Source: Halobacteriovoraceae bacterium (GTDB lineage: Bacteria; Bdellovibrionota; Bacteriovoracia; Bacteriovoracales; Bacteriovoracaceae). From it: 64,000 nucleotides of DNA. The stretch spans positions 1,152,001 through 1,216,000 of the forward strand of contig CAVRCF010000001.1 of the NCBI GenBank assembly GCA_963719505.1, written 5' to 3'. How positions within the stretch are numbered: position 1 is the first letter of the stretch; each line of letters starts with the position of its first letter. Under the pieces are notes generated by a model. The model searched no databases and was not told the DNA's origin. It saw only the letters and a list, made by a program, of their open reading frames with translations. Made by a program: the position numbers and the translations under genes. Below, piece by piece: positions 47,787-58,032 of the stretch.

Positions 47787-48400
47787 TGTTTAAAAAAAGC
47801 TTACTCTTTTTAGCCGTGAGCTTAGTTATATCTTGTGGAGGGCCTTCGGCCAGTGGAGAGCCAGATGGGGTCGATGCTGTTGACCACAGGCTCTTTGTCT
47901 CAAGTACGACAAATACTGGAAAATTTGAAGATGGATCCTTAGAGGGTTTAGCCGCAGCCGATAAGTTTTGTAATGATCTTGCTGAAGATGTGAATCTAAC
48001 GAGAGATTATAAAGCCGTAATGAGTGATAGCATCACTGACGCTAAGACAAGACTCTTTATAACAGGAGCAATCTATACAGTTGCAGGATCAGAAAAAACT
48101 TTAATTGCCGAGTCTGCAACTGATTTTTGGAACGCGAGTGCTACTGATTTAAAAAATAATATCTCAAGGGATGAAACAGGCGCCTTTTTGTCTGGAAACG
48201 ATCAAGTCTGGACTGGCTCAAGCTCAGCTGGAACGAAAAACACCACTCACTGTAGCGACTGGAAAGTCGAAGAAGCCGGTGTTAACGATCCAAATAAGGG
48301 TACGGTGGGAGAACTAAGCAGAATTGATGGCCTTTGGATTGATAATACAACTGAGGTTAATTGTAATCTCTCGCTGCGAGTCTATTGTATCTCCCAATAA
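47774..48400 (+). CDS. DUF1554-like (endostatin/C-type lectin fold) lipoprotein
   Basis: Lipobox VISC, GLAAADKFC, VWTG, C.DW, VYCISQ. Confidence 0.8.
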   Translation: MERVVFKKSLLFLAVSLVISCGGPSASGEPDGVDAVDHRLFVSSTTNTGKFEDGSLEGLAAADKFCNDLAEDVNLTRDYKAVMSDSITDAKTRLFITGAIYTVAGSEKTLIAESATDFWNASATDLKNNISRDETGAFLSGNDQVWTGSSSAGTKNTTHCSDWKVEEAGVNDPNKGTVGELSRIDGLWIDNTTEVNCNLSLRVYCISQ

Positions 48401-48594
48401 GGACTTGAAAATATTACATTTTTTTCTTTAATTTAAAAAAAAGATTTACAGATATAAAATCAAATTATAAAAGCTGAAAAAAATAATTAATTAACGATAA
48501 AAATGAGCTCATTTTTTGAAGGTTTTGAACTTAACTTGTATCTTATCAAGTTTAATAGAATCGGCCCTCGAGATGATGTCTCAAACGGTTTTGT

Positions 48595-48622
48595 AGGGCT
48601 CCTTAGGGAGCCCTTTTTTTTT
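48595..48622 (+). terminator. Rho-independent terminator
   Basis: AGGGCTCC-ttag-GGAGCCCT followed by a T run. Confidence 0.75.
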
Positions 48623-48635
48623 GGAAAAGATCGCA

Positions 48636-49217
48636 ATGGAAACAATTATCAATGATGAAAGAGGATCACAGGTTCTCTTAGAGCAAAATTTCCTTTCAAA
48701 AGAAGTCTCCTCAAAGTTACTTGAAGAGATGGAAGGTCTGGAGTGGTCTAACCATTCCATTTTTATTTTTGGTAAGTGGGTTAAAGAGCCTCGCTCTGTG
48801 GCTTTTCTTGGTGATACTGGAGTAAGCTATACTTATTCCAAGCAAAACCTAGAGGCAAAAAATTGGACGCCACAGCTTTTAAGATTAAAAAATAAAATTA
48901 ATAAAGAATTTAACCTGGATGTTAACTCTGTCCTTATCAATAGCTATGAAAATGGCGAACAGTATATGGGCTGGCACTGTGACAATGAAAAAGAGCTCGG
49001 GAAAAGTCCAAGTATCTGTTCAATAAGTTTAGGTGCATCTCGAGACTTCCTCTTTCGAGATAAAAGTGACCACACTAAAAAAGTTAAAGTCGTTCTTGAA
49101 AATGGTGATCTACTTTTAATGGAAGGAAAAACTCAAGAGTTTTGGGACCACGCGCTTCCTAAAAGATTGAAAATTAAAAAGAGAAGAGTTAATCTGACTT
49201 TTCGACAGATTCTATAA
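48636..49217 (+). CDS. AlkB-family 2OG-Fe(II) dioxygenase
   Basis: MGWHCD, H..P, RVNLTFR. Confidence 0.92.
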   Translation: METIINDERGSQVLLEQNFLSKEVSSKLLEEMEGLEWSNHSIFIFGKWVKEPRSVAFLGDTGVSYTYSKQNLEAKNWTPQLLRLKNKINKEFNLDVNSVLINSYENGEQYMGWHCDNEKELGKSPSICSISLGASRDFLFRDKSDHTKKVKVVLENGDLLLMEGKTQEFWDHALPKRLKIKKRRVNLTFRQIL

Positions 49218-50187
49218 CTTTGCGTATATCGATTGTTTCAGAGCATTTAAAATGACCTAGAGGGCAGGCTTTTTTTCCGTGCAGACCACAGGGACGACAT
49301 TCAAGGTCTTCATCAGTATGAATCACGCAGCTATTATCACTTAGAGGGTAGTAGCCAAAGTCTTTAATTGTTGAACAAAAAATAGCCGTTGTACGAGCGT
49401 TGACTGAACTGGCAAGGTGCAGAGGAGCTGAATCGTTGACGATCACTCTTTTTGAATTTTGCATTAAGTAAGCTGACTCCGTTAGGGATAAGACGCCACA
49501 AAGATTTGTCCCAGTATCTTCTCTAATTGAATCAATATACTCTTTGTCATCAGGGCCACCAATAAAGTAGATATGATAAGTCTTTTCTAGCTCTTTAGTC
49601 AGCTGCATCCACTTGTGCTTTGACCACTGCTTTGTAAACCATACACTTGAAGGGGCCATAACGAGATAAGACTTTTTATCATTAGTAAGAGTGTCAACTT
49701 TGTTGATCTCTTCTTGAGAGAAGTAAAGCTTTGGTCTCACTGGAGAGTGGAGAGACTCATTGAGTAGAAGAGCATTTCTTTGAACTTCATGTTGAATGCG
49801 ACCATCTTTAAGAAAAGGAATTTGATGCTTTATTTTTTTTGTAAAAAAGAAAGACAGGGGGTTTTTATCAAAGCCCACTGTGACTTTCGCTCCGGCAATA
49901 AGACAAAAGATTCCAGAGCTGGTAAATCTTTGGATATTCAAGATGAGGTCATAATTTTCTTTTCTTGCGTTCAAAGCGAGCTTTATAAGAGAGGAATATT
50001 TATTTTTCTTCTTATTCCAGACAATGATATTCGTAATATGAGGATTGTGCATTAAGAGCGATTGATTTCCTTGGCGTAGCAAAAAATCAATACTTGAGTT
50101 TGGATACATCGCCTTTGTTTGCTCGACAAGGGATGTCGCAAGGACAACATCTCCAATAAAAGCTGTTTGCATGATGAGTATTTTCAT
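49189..50187 (-). CDS. Glycosyltransferase family 9 (heptosyltransferase)
   Basis: IGDVVL, KQW, NDSAPLHLA, CRPC. Confidence 0.92.
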   Translation of the reverse strand: MKILIMQTAFIGDVVLATSLVEQTKAMYPNSSIDFLLRQGNQSLLMHNPHITNIIVWNKKKNKYSSLIKLALNARKENYDLILNIQRFTSSGIFCLIAGAKVTVGFDKNPLSFFFTKKIKHQIPFLKDGRIQHEVQRNALLLNESLHSPVRPKLYFSQEEINKVDTLTNDKKSYLVMAPSSVWFTKQWSKHKWMQLTKELEKTYHIYFIGGPDDKEYIDSIREDTGTNLCGVLSLTESAYLMQNSKRVIVNDSAPLHLASSVNARTTAIFCSTIKDFGYYPLSDNSCVIHTDEDLECRPCGLHGKKACPLGHFKCSETIDIRKVIESVEKSD

Positions 50188-51236
50188 GAGACGAGCTCTA
50201 TTAACTGCTGTGTTGTTTTATTGCGATCAAAAGTCTTCTTTAATTTCTCCAAACCATTTTGTTGAATTTTTTCTATCTCTTTTGAATCTTTTGCCACTTC
50301 TACTATTTTTCTTGCCATGCTATCAATCTCATTAACGTTGAAAAGAAAGCCACTAGAAGAGTGATCAATGACCTCTCTATTGCTTGAAACATCGTATGCA
50401 AAAATACATTTTCTATTGAGTAAAGCCTCTAGTAGGGCATTTGATAAACCCTCAAATCGAGAGGGAAAAATAAAGAAATCGATACGCTTAAAAAATAAAT
50501 GAGAGTCTGTGTGGCCAATAAGCTTCACCTCATTTTCTAAACCACGAGACTTAATATCGGCATCAAGAACCTCTTGAAGAGGACCTGTTCCGGCGATTAA
50601 GATCTCAAAGTTAAAGTCCTGTTCTTTTAAAACCACAGCAAGCTCTATTAGATCTGTTTGGCCTTTTTGTTCAACGAGTCTCCCGAGGTTTCCAAGCACC
50701 AATTTGTCGTTTCTTTTCTTTGGAGGTGGTACTTCAAGAAGAGAGACACTGTTGTAGATGACGTGGATCCTATCTTCCAGCTCCGGAAAATTCTTTGTAA
50801 TTGAACTTGCAACGTTTTTAGAGTTCGCTATGAAATGAGTGAGACAGTTTATATAAATATTTTTATTAATCCAATTTCTTTTAATAGGGTGGTCCATTCC
50901 TCGGCGGTAAATAATTTTTGAAATCCCAAGTTTTTTAGCAATTGGAGCCACAAGTTTAACATCTTGAGGGAGATTGAGAATAACTGTTTTGGGCTGGGCT
51001 TGATAAAGAAATGATTTAACTTTTGCTTTTTTTCGAGGATTAAGAAAACTAAGCTTTCCTGATTTTATGGTAAAGATTGTATAGGGTTTATTTTTTATCT
51101 TTTTGTAAAGTTCACTATTCTCATCGCAAATAAAACTTATCATAAAACCAGCAGTGTAGAGAAGGGCTGCTTGTTCATAGTGCCATTTTTCACCGCCGCC
51201 CCATGCTTTATTGGTGTTAGCGAAGCATACTTTCAT
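50184..51236 (-). CDS. Glycosyltransferase family 4
   Basis: WGGGE, GRLVEQKG, PSRFEGLSNALLEA. Confidence 0.92.
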   Translation of the reverse strand: MKVCFANTNKAWGGGEKWHYEQAALLYTAGFMISFICDENSELYKKIKNKPYTIFTIKSGKLSFLNPRKKAKVKSFLYQAQPKTVILNLPQDVKLVAPIAKKLGISKIIYRRGMDHPIKRNWINKNIYINCLTHFIANSKNVASSITKNFPELEDRIHVIYNSVSLLEVPPPKKRNDKLVLGNLGRLVEQKGQTDLIELAVVLKEQDFNFEILIAGTGPLQEVLDADIKSRGLENEVKLIGHTDSHLFFKRIDFFIFPSRFEGLSNALLEALLNRKCIFAYDVSSNREVIDHSSSGFLFNVNEIDSMARKIVEVAKDSKEIEKIQQNGLEKLKKTFDRNKTTQQLIELVS

Positions 51237-52012
51237 TTTCTTTCGAACTTTTCACCGTTATGCATACGCCAAACTTTCACGTTTCTTATGAAAACATTCC
51301 AAGCTCCCATGCTAGAGATAATAAGCCCGGCTTTTCCGTCTAATATTCCTCTTTCCATAATAAAGCGCTTAAAAAAAGCAAACATTGGTTTTACTACCAG
51401 ATGATAACTGGTTACTTTTTTGATTTTATCAACCCGATCTAGCGCGGCCCAAGTCGTGTAGCGATCACCTTTTTGTAAGTGAGCCGTTAGACCTTTGCCA
51501 GAATAGGTATCGTGTTTCAATTTACCTTTTAATCTTCCCACCGTACCTTCTGCTTCGATCTCTGCATGGACGTGCTTGTCCTGATAGCGACATTTACTTT
51601 TTCTAAAAAGCCTAATGACAGCATCTCCTGACCAGATATGGTTGAGTTTTTGATCCATAAAGTAATTATCTCTTCCAATCCAGTAAGCAACATGACTTGG
51701 GTTATTGATAGTCTCTTTAATTTCTTTCACTAATTGCTCGTTTGTTCTCTCATCAGCATCGAGAAGAAAGATCCAGTCGTTTTGAGCTTGGGGGATAGTC
51801 CAATTCTTCTGCGCCGCAGAGTGAACATATTCATGTTCTAAGAGTTTAATCTTGTCATGACTTTTCATCTGCTCTTTGACAATGGCAGTTGTATTGTCAG
51901 TACTAAAAGAGTCAACAACGATGACCTCATCAGCAAAAAGACAGGACTCAATGGCCCCAAGAATATTAAACTCTTCATTGAAGCTGGGAATGATTGCAGT
52001 TATTTTTTCCAT
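51233..52012 (-). CDS. Glycosyltransferase family 2
   Basis: IIPSFNEE, VVDSFSTD, LDADE, VHA; true start MEKITA at 52012. Confidence 0.92.
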   Translation of the reverse strand: MEKITAIIPSFNEEFNILGAIESCLFADEVIVVDSFSTDNTTAIVKEQMKSHDKIKLLEHEYVHSAAQKNWTIPQAQNDWIFLLDADERTNEQLVKEIKETINNPSHVAYWIGRDNYFMDQKLNHIWSGDAVIRLFRKSKCRYQDKHVHAEIEAEGTVGRLKGKLKHDTYSGKGLTAHLQKGDRYTTWAALDRVDKIKKVTSYHLVVKPMFAFFKRFIMERGILDGKAGLIISSMGAWNVFIRNVKVWRMHNGEKFERK

Positions 52013-52140
52013 AGTACCTTTATAAAACGAATAAAGCCTAAAGCCAATCTTTTTGATGCACAATGCAAAGTGTCTAATTTTTAAGGGGGATATACTTTTA
52101 TTATAGCATTTTAAGTGATTTAATAAGGGAGAAAAAATAT

Positions 52141-52227
52141 TGGTGCTCGAGGCGAGACTTGAACTCGCACAGCCATAAGGCCGAGGGATTTTAAATCCCT
52201 TGTGTCTACCGATTCCACCACTCAAGC
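52141..52227 (-). tRNA. tRNA-Leu(TAA)
   Basis: GCTTGAG/CTCGAGC acceptor stem, anticodon stem AGGGA-TT-TAA-AA-TCCCT, long variable arm, GTTCAAG, CCA. Confidence 0.96.
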
Positions 52228-52276
52228 ATAGGATGAATTGGTATATTGAGATAATAACAAGGATTAGTCAATAAAA

Positions 52277-53800
52277 ATGAAACAATTATCTAAGAAATTC
52301 GCATTCGTAATTTTGGTTTCAAGCCTCTTGGGTGGCTGTGCTTTTTTCAAAAAGGAAAACTCACAAGTTGTTTTTGGCAATAAAGAATATGCCGATGCAT
52401 TTGTTTCTTCTATTGAACCAAAGTGGTTTAAAGGTGCTGAGAGATTCGCCATTATAGATCAGCAGAAGAAACCTGTCGTTCATCGATTTTTTGATGTTAA
52501 TCCCTTTAAAAATATAGAAAGTGGAAAAGTTAATGTTGTTATAACGACTCCAGCTGACTCAGAGTTTTTAAATCAAATTGATCTCACTTCAGGGCAGATT
52601 TTTATCGATGAAAAATTTTGTTCTCAAAAAGATGAATTTGCTCAGCTTGATGGTGATGTTGAAAATAATAAATTCTTTAGTCTGGGTGTCTTACCAAGAG
52701 TACTCGACCAATTAAATGACCCTCAAAAAGTGGTTGTTTTTGGTGGAGAAGAATACATTAAAAAACACTATAAAAGTCACAGCTTTGATGTACGGGTGAT
52801 CGGTGGTTTTGTCGAGCAAGTATGTCCATTTGGTGGATGTTTTAAGGCTGACCAGTGGCTTTCTCGAATTGTTTTAGTTGCGATTCAAAATGGCGATGAG
52901 AAATTAAAAGATGTTGTGGATATCGTTGATCTTCAAAACAAGGTCGATTGGAATTATTTCCGAGCCTTTATTCAAAATGGGCAGGGAAAAAATAAAATTT
53001 CAGGAAAATATTTTGCTCGAAATAGAATGGGAGCCATTGTTTCAGCTAAACAAGCTCTCTCATACATCAATAAAAACTCTACAATTTTCTCTATAGATAA
53101 ACTAAAGCAGATGCGTCTTTCTTGCTACAAGCTCTACGACTATCTGTGGAAAGATTTAAGCTATGAAAGCACCAGTTCTATGGAAGCAAAAAACCTGGCC
53201 CAAGTCAGAGAAAAAGCAATCTTACTAAATCAAAAAAGAAAAGAAGGAATGAAAGACGATCCTTTTTGGAGGCGATTTGCTAAGAATAATAAAAAATTTG
53301 GAAAGCAATATAATACCTGTGTCCAATATGTGAATCCTACTAATATAAATGATGATCCGAAAAGACACTGGTTCTTCTCTTATCTTACGGCTTTTCACAG
53401 CCTGCAAAATCTTGGCTACGCTTTTAACTGCAATCGAAAGGTATGGGAAGTTAACCCCGTAGTGATTGAAGGGAAGAGGGTTAAGTCATTACAGGAACAA
53501 TTTCGAAACTGTTCAGATAAGGACTTGGATAGAGCCTTTGAGTATGCGCCCAGTATGTTCGACACTTTGAGAAAAGGCAATAGAGTCTCTTATCGATATA
53601 TTGATTATGACAGTGGCTCAAAGGGGACTCACCACAAAATATATAATTGGGTAAAACTCTCTCCTGGTTCAATGTCTTGTCGTGAAGAAAGTGAGCGAAA
53701 TTTTTCTTTGGAGAGATCTATTTTTCCAAAAGATGTTGTTTGGGAAAAAAGAGGAAAGAGTAAAAAAATAAACTCCGCAGAAAGTGGAGTTATCTATTAA
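52277..53800 (+). CDS. Lipoprotein, hypothetical
   Basis: Lipobox LGGC; Cys pairs. Confidence 0.75.
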   Translation: MKQLSKKFAFVILVSSLLGGCAFFKKENSQVVFGNKEYADAFVSSIEPKWFKGAERFAIIDQQKKPVVHRFFDVNPFKNIESGKVNVVITTPADSEFLNQIDLTSGQIFIDEKFCSQKDEFAQLDGDVENNKFFSLGVLPRVLDQLNDPQKVVVFGGEEYIKKHYKSHSFDVRVIGGFVEQVCPFGGCFKADQWLSRIVLVAIQNGDEKLKDVVDIVDLQNKVDWNYFRAFIQNGQGKNKISGKYFARNRMGAIVSAKQALSYINKNSTIFSIDKLKQMRLSCYKLYDYLWKDLSYESTSSMEAKNLAQVREKAILLNQKRKEGMKDDPFWRRFAKNNKKFGKQYNTCVQYVNPTNINDDPKRHWFFSYLTAFHSLQNLGYAFNCNRKVWEVNPVVIEGKRVKSLQEQFRNCSDKDLDRAFEYAPSMFDTLRKGNRVSYRYIDYDSGSKGTHHKIYNWVKLSPGSMSCREESERNFSLERSIFPKDVVWEKRGKSKKINSAESGVIY

Positions 53801-54225
53801 TGTTTACATCAATTAAAGAGGGCCTTTTATCTTGGGCCGAAAAAGATCTATATATCACAACAAGTTTCACTGGAACTGATATTGTGACGGACTTAATTTC
53901 ACACCTAAACTCTCAGATGGAAAAAGAAGACTTTATCATCAGCGACGGAGACAATAATGATATCGGAGCTAATCTCATTATTATCTGTGGGTTTATAAAT
54001 TTAAAAAATATTGAACTTCTCAAAATAAAGATGAAGTCACTCAGTGGACCAAAGTATGTCATTACAGCCGGACAGATGATCAATAACTCTTTAAAGTTTC
54101 CCGACTATAATTTTTCTTCTATCCGAGGAATCATAAAAGTTGATCAACATGTCTATGGACCTAAGCCTAGTCGCCGAGACATTGTGAATGCGATTTTGAG
54201 ATTGGGTGAGCGGGAACAGGTATGA
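53800..54225 (+). CDS. Degenerate NuoB-like protein
   Basis: ANLIIICG, GPKYVITAG, VDQHVYGPKP align with NuoB, but the Fe-S cysteines are missing. Confidence 0.65.
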   Translation: MFTSIKEGLLSWAEKDLYITTSFTGTDIVTDLISHLNSQMEKEDFIISDGDNNDIGANLIIICGFINLKNIELLKIKMKSLSGPKYVITAGQMINNSLKFPDYNFSSIRGIIKVDQHVYGPKPSRRDIVNAILRLGEREQV

Positions 54226-55751
54226 ACTTAAATCAAATCCTTTCTGAGTTAGAGCCTCATCAACCACAAATTTCTCAAAAGACGATTATTATAAAATCCG
54301 AGAAATCAAATATTCTTGCTCTGGCTCTCTTGATAAAAGAGAATCTTGGATTTATCCACTTTCTAAACTTCCACGTGATTGAATGTGACGATGATAAATT
54401 TAACTTCCACTATACTGTCTACAATCAACAACTCGAATTATTTATCCGAGTTGACCTCCTAGACCAGGAGCCTGAGGATTGCCTCAGTATTAGTGGTATT
54501 TGGACCAATGCTCTTTATTTTGAGAATGAAACTCACGAACTTTTTGGGGTTGAATTTGATTCTCTTAATAGCCAAAGAAGGTTTTTATTTCCAGAGAACT
54601 TAGACGGGTTTCCTCTGCGTAAAAGCTTTAAATCCTTTACTGAGAAAAAAGTTATAAACAGTCCCAGAAGACTCAATGGAGTAGTTAAGACTCCCAGTGC
54701 AGAACAATCATCTGATGAGATCATCTTTGATCTCAGCTTGGATGAGAAAGTCGTCAGTCAGTTTGACTTTGAGATGGGCTTTCGTCATTTTGGTTTGGAA
54801 AAGGATGCAAGGGGAAAGGATATAGATCAAGTGCTTGGAAGGATTGGCTTTTTAAATGCACGGTCTTCTTCAAATTGGACTCTTCTACTGGCCGATGCCA
54901 TTGAGAAAGAATTTAAAATCGCTGTTCCCGAAAAGGGCCAGGCAATAAGAATGATCTTGATGGAACTCACAAGGATTAGAGAGCATCTTTACACCTTGCT
55001 AAAGTTGGCCAAGGTTGCTGGCTATACAGATTTTTATGTCAACCTCTCTCTTTGGTACCAGCAAACCTCCGATCAGATGCGAGAGCTGCTAGGTCATCGA
55101 AACCCTCTTTACATGAATTGTATTGGCGGAGTGACTCAGAATATACCCGGGGGCTGGACTACATCTTGTTTGAGCTATATTACGAAATTGGAAAAGGACT
55201 TGGCTTTTGAGTACAAAGCCATGGTCTCCTCTAAGCTTTGGACAGAAAAATTAAGTTGTGGAAAACTTGAACGAGAGGATATTCTTAGCTACAGCATTTC
55301 TGGACCTGTTATGAGAGCAGGCGGTTTGAATCATGACTTAAGGAAAAGTGGATCTATGTATTTTTATCCTGATGTTACTTTTGACGTTCCGCTTGGAATA
55401 AAAAGTAAGTCTTTCGATAGGTATTTGGTTCTCGTTGAAGAAATTTTTCAATCGGTTAAAATTCTTTTTCAAGTCTTAGATAATATCCCAGGCGGTGGAT
55501 TTAGAGCTGATGGACTGTCTAAAGACTCTCTTCTTGGAGAGCGCTTAATTCAAAATTCAATTGAGGGAGCAAATGGAATTATCAGTCTTAGCGCTTTAAT
55601 AAATGATGGAAAGATGAAGTCATTGAAGCTCAGTTCAAACTCACAAAATACACTTCAATCGATAAAAGAAGTTATGATCGGGAGTGACTATGATGACATT
55701 GATCTTATATGGCATTCACTTCAAATTAATATGAGTGAGGTAGAGAAGTGA
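54222..55751 (+). CDS. NuoC/D-like fusion (divergent)
   Basis: W.NA..FE.E..ELFG, GFPLRK; GFRHFGLEK, ELTRI..HL, SGPVMRAGG..DLRK. Confidence 0.8.
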   Translation: MNLNQILSELEPHQPQISQKTIIIKSEKSNILALALLIKENLGFIHFLNFHVIECDDDKFNFHYTVYNQQLELFIRVDLLDQEPEDCLSISGIWTNALYFENETHELFGVEFDSLNSQRRFLFPENLDGFPLRKSFKSFTEKKVINSPRRLNGVVKTPSAEQSSDEIIFDLSLDEKVVSQFDFEMGFRHFGLEKDARGKDIDQVLGRIGFLNARSSSNWTLLLADAIEKEFKIAVPEKGQAIRMILMELTRIREHLYTLLKLAKVAGYTDFYVNLSLWYQQTSDQMRELLGHRNPLYMNCIGGVTQNIPGGWTTSCLSYITKLEKDLAFEYKAMVSSKLWTEKLSCGKLEREDILSYSISGPVMRAGGLNHDLRKSGSMYFYPDVTFDVPLGIKSKSFDRYLVLVEEIFQSVKILFQVLDNIPGGGFRADGLSKDSLLGERLIQNSIEGANGIISLSALINDGKMKSLKLSSNSQNTLQSIKEVMIGSDYDDIDLIWHSLQINMSEVEK

Positions 55752-56197
55752 TAATAAATCTAAAAAGATATAAAGAAAGTAGTATTAATAAAGGTCTTTT
55801 GGGAATTCTGAAAAAGATGTTTTTATCTTTAAATCAACCCCTCGTTTTAGATCTTTTCTCTACAATGAGAAAGACGCGGGCGTATCAAGGATATCCAAAG
55901 TATCTAGTTGACCCTTTAAGTGGAGTCGACCTGTGCACCACCTGTAGGATTTGTGAGTCAATATGTCCCTCAGGCTCAATAGAGATCACAAAGTCTAACG
56001 ATGGTTTTAACGGGCCCATAAACAAGGCACCAAAGGAATTTAAGCTAGATCTTTTGAGCTGCGTGAAGTGTGGGTTTTGTATCAGTGACTGTCCCGAAGG
56101 TGCATTGTCAGGTAATGGAGAGTTTGAGCAGAGTGATTTCGAGCAAAAAGTTATCGATTTAAAAAGAAAAGTTTCAGACACAGGTATAAGTACCTAA
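55748..56197 (+). CDS. NuoI-like 2x[4Fe-4S] ferredoxin subunit
   Basis: CTTCRICESICP and CVKCGFCISDCP. Confidence 0.85.
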   Translation: MIINLKRYKESSINKGLLGILKKMFLSLNQPLVLDLFSTMRKTRAYQGYPKYLVDPLSGVDLCTTCRICESICPSGSIEITKSNDGFNGPINKAPKEFKLDLLSCVKCGFCISDCPEGALSGNGEFEQSDFEQKVIDLKRKVSDTGIST

Positions 56198-56287
56198 AAT
56201 CTCTTCTCATTAAGATTTTTTACAGTTGTTCCAGTTCTAGGATTAAGCTAAAATGAATGAGAGAGTAAATAGACACGAGGCAATAAA

Positions 56288-57376
56288 ATGATTAAATCAA
56301 TTCTAAAAACAGCAGGACCACTAGTTGGTATCTATGCTTTAGCACTATTCCTAATTTCAACCTTCATTGGCGATCAGGGATTTATAGGTGAGATATTTCA
56401 AGAGAATACAGCTCTTAAATTTATCGTCTATGCGATTTTTATCACTCATGTCACGATTAGTTCTATGAGTTTGTCTTTTCATCGTTTTCATACCCACAAA
56501 GGTGTGGTGATCAACAAGACCCTAGATATGATCATGCAAATCAATCTTTGGATGGTTGGTGGAATGTCAAAGTTGGATTGGGTATCAGTTCATATTTATC
56601 ATCATGCTCACTCAGATAAAGAAAAAGATCCCCATTCACCAGTTCAAAAAGGACTTTTTCATGTTCTTTTTTTAGGGATCTTTGATTATGCCAAAGCACG
56701 GGTAAGCGATCCAGTAGTTCGAATTAGAAAAACAATAAAAAGAAATAAGCTTGAGCAGTTTATGGCCGATCATACGTTGTTGGGTGCTATTATTCTTTCT
56801 GCCATAAATCTTATTTTACTTGGTCCAGTCTATGGAACAATTTTATCTCTGATAAACTTTTCTGTTTCACCTATTTTCGCAGTTGGTGGAGTCAATGGTT
56901 TTGCTCATTGGTGGGGCTATAAAAACCATAACTACCATGACAATAGTAGAAATTTAGGCTTTCTCTTCCCCCTTAACTTCTTGATCTGTGGAGAGCTCGA
57001 TCATAATAATCATCACGCTCATCCAAAGTCATGTTCTTTCAGACATCGATGGTTTGAATTTGATTGGGGATATTTCTACATCAATATTTTGGCGAAGCTT
57101 GAACTTGCGAAAGTTAAAAATGCTTATACGACTAAGAGTTTAAAAGAAGAGATGAGTAAGAATATTACTCATCTTCTTGAAAATGATTTTCGCTTTCAAA
57201 AACGTATGGAAGAAATAGCTAGAGACCTTAATACGACTTATTCTGAATTAATAAAAATGATTGATGACTATATAAAGGGTAAAAAAGTGAAGCTCAATTA
57301 TGAGATGAAAGAACTCATTTCAGAAGCAAAGAGAACTTTTTATGCTAATTATAGACTTGGCTTGAGATACAATTAA
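56288..57376 (+). CDS. Delta-9-type fatty acid desaturase
   Basis: His boxes HRFHTH, HIYHH, DHNNHH; DPHSP. Confidence 0.9.
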   Translation: MIKSILKTAGPLVGIYALALFLISTFIGDQGFIGEIFQENTALKFIVYAIFITHVTISSMSLSFHRFHTHKGVVINKTLDMIMQINLWMVGGMSKLDWVSVHIYHHAHSDKEKDPHSPVQKGLFHVLFLGIFDYAKARVSDPVVRIRKTIKRNKLEQFMADHTLLGAIILSAINLILLGPVYGTILSLINFSVSPIFAVGGVNGFAHWWGYKNHNYHDNSRNLGFLFPLNFLICGELDHNNHHAHPKSCSFRHRWFEFDWGYFYINILAKLELAKVKNAYTTKSLKEEMSKNITHLLENDFRFQKRMEEIARDLNTTYSELIKMIDDYIKGKKVKLNYEMKELISEAKRTFYANYRLGLRYN

Positions 57377-58032
57377 TAAAATATAGAGTCGCGTGAAACT
57401 TCTTTATTTAGTGAATGGAGAAGTTTCATGTAGATCTTCCTGTCAACGAGTTCCCCCCCAAAAGATTCAACTATAGGTGTAACCATTTGAGTGTCAACAA
57501 AAGGTATTTTCGCCCTCTCAACGGCTTTTAATAGGTAGTAAAGAGCGACCTTCGATGCATTATCCTTTTTGTAAAACATTGATTCTCCGGATATGATTTC
57601 TCCAAAACAGGCTCCATATAATCCACCGACGAGGTGACCTTCGTGATAGACACTGACACAATAGGCTTTACCGACATCAAAAAGATTTGAGTAGCCTTCA
57701 ATAATATTTTCGTAGATCCATGTACCGTACTCGTGCTTTCTTTTGGTCATTGCACATTCGGTAATGACTCGTCTAAAGTCAGTGTTAAACTTAACTTCGT
57801 AATCCATCTTTTTTATGAATTTTAAAAGAGATTTAGAGAATTTACAGTTTTCAACTTTGATCATTCCTCGAGGGTCAGGGGCGAACCATGTAAGAGGATA
57901 TCCTTCTTCAACCGGCCAAGGAAAAATTCCTCTTGAGTAGGCGTCAGTTAATGTTTGAATATCAAGATGACCACCAACAGCTAATAAGCCGTCCTCTGAG
58001 GCCATCTCGACGTCGGGAAATATACTTTTCAT
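57373..58032 (-). CDS. aat: Leucyl/phenylalanyl-tRNA--protein transferase
   Basis: GLLAVGG, AYSRGIFPW, GGLYG, GESMF, ASKVA. Confidence 0.96.
   Translation of the reverse strand: MKSIFPDVEMASEDGLLAVGGHLDIQTLTDAYSRGIFPWPVEEGYPLTWFAPDPRGMIKVENCKFSKSLLKFIKKMDYEVKFNTDFRRVITECAMTKRKHEYGTWIYENIIEGYSNLFDVGKAYCVSVYHEGHLVGGLYGACFGEIISGESMFYKKDNASKVALYYLLKAVERAKIPFVDTQMVTPIVESFGGELVDRKIYMKLLHSLNKEVSRDSIFY

Noticed and set aside
52013-52225. N-terminal extension of the GT2 ORF
   Set aside because: Overlaps tRNA-Leu; the GT2 domain begins at MEKITA (52012)
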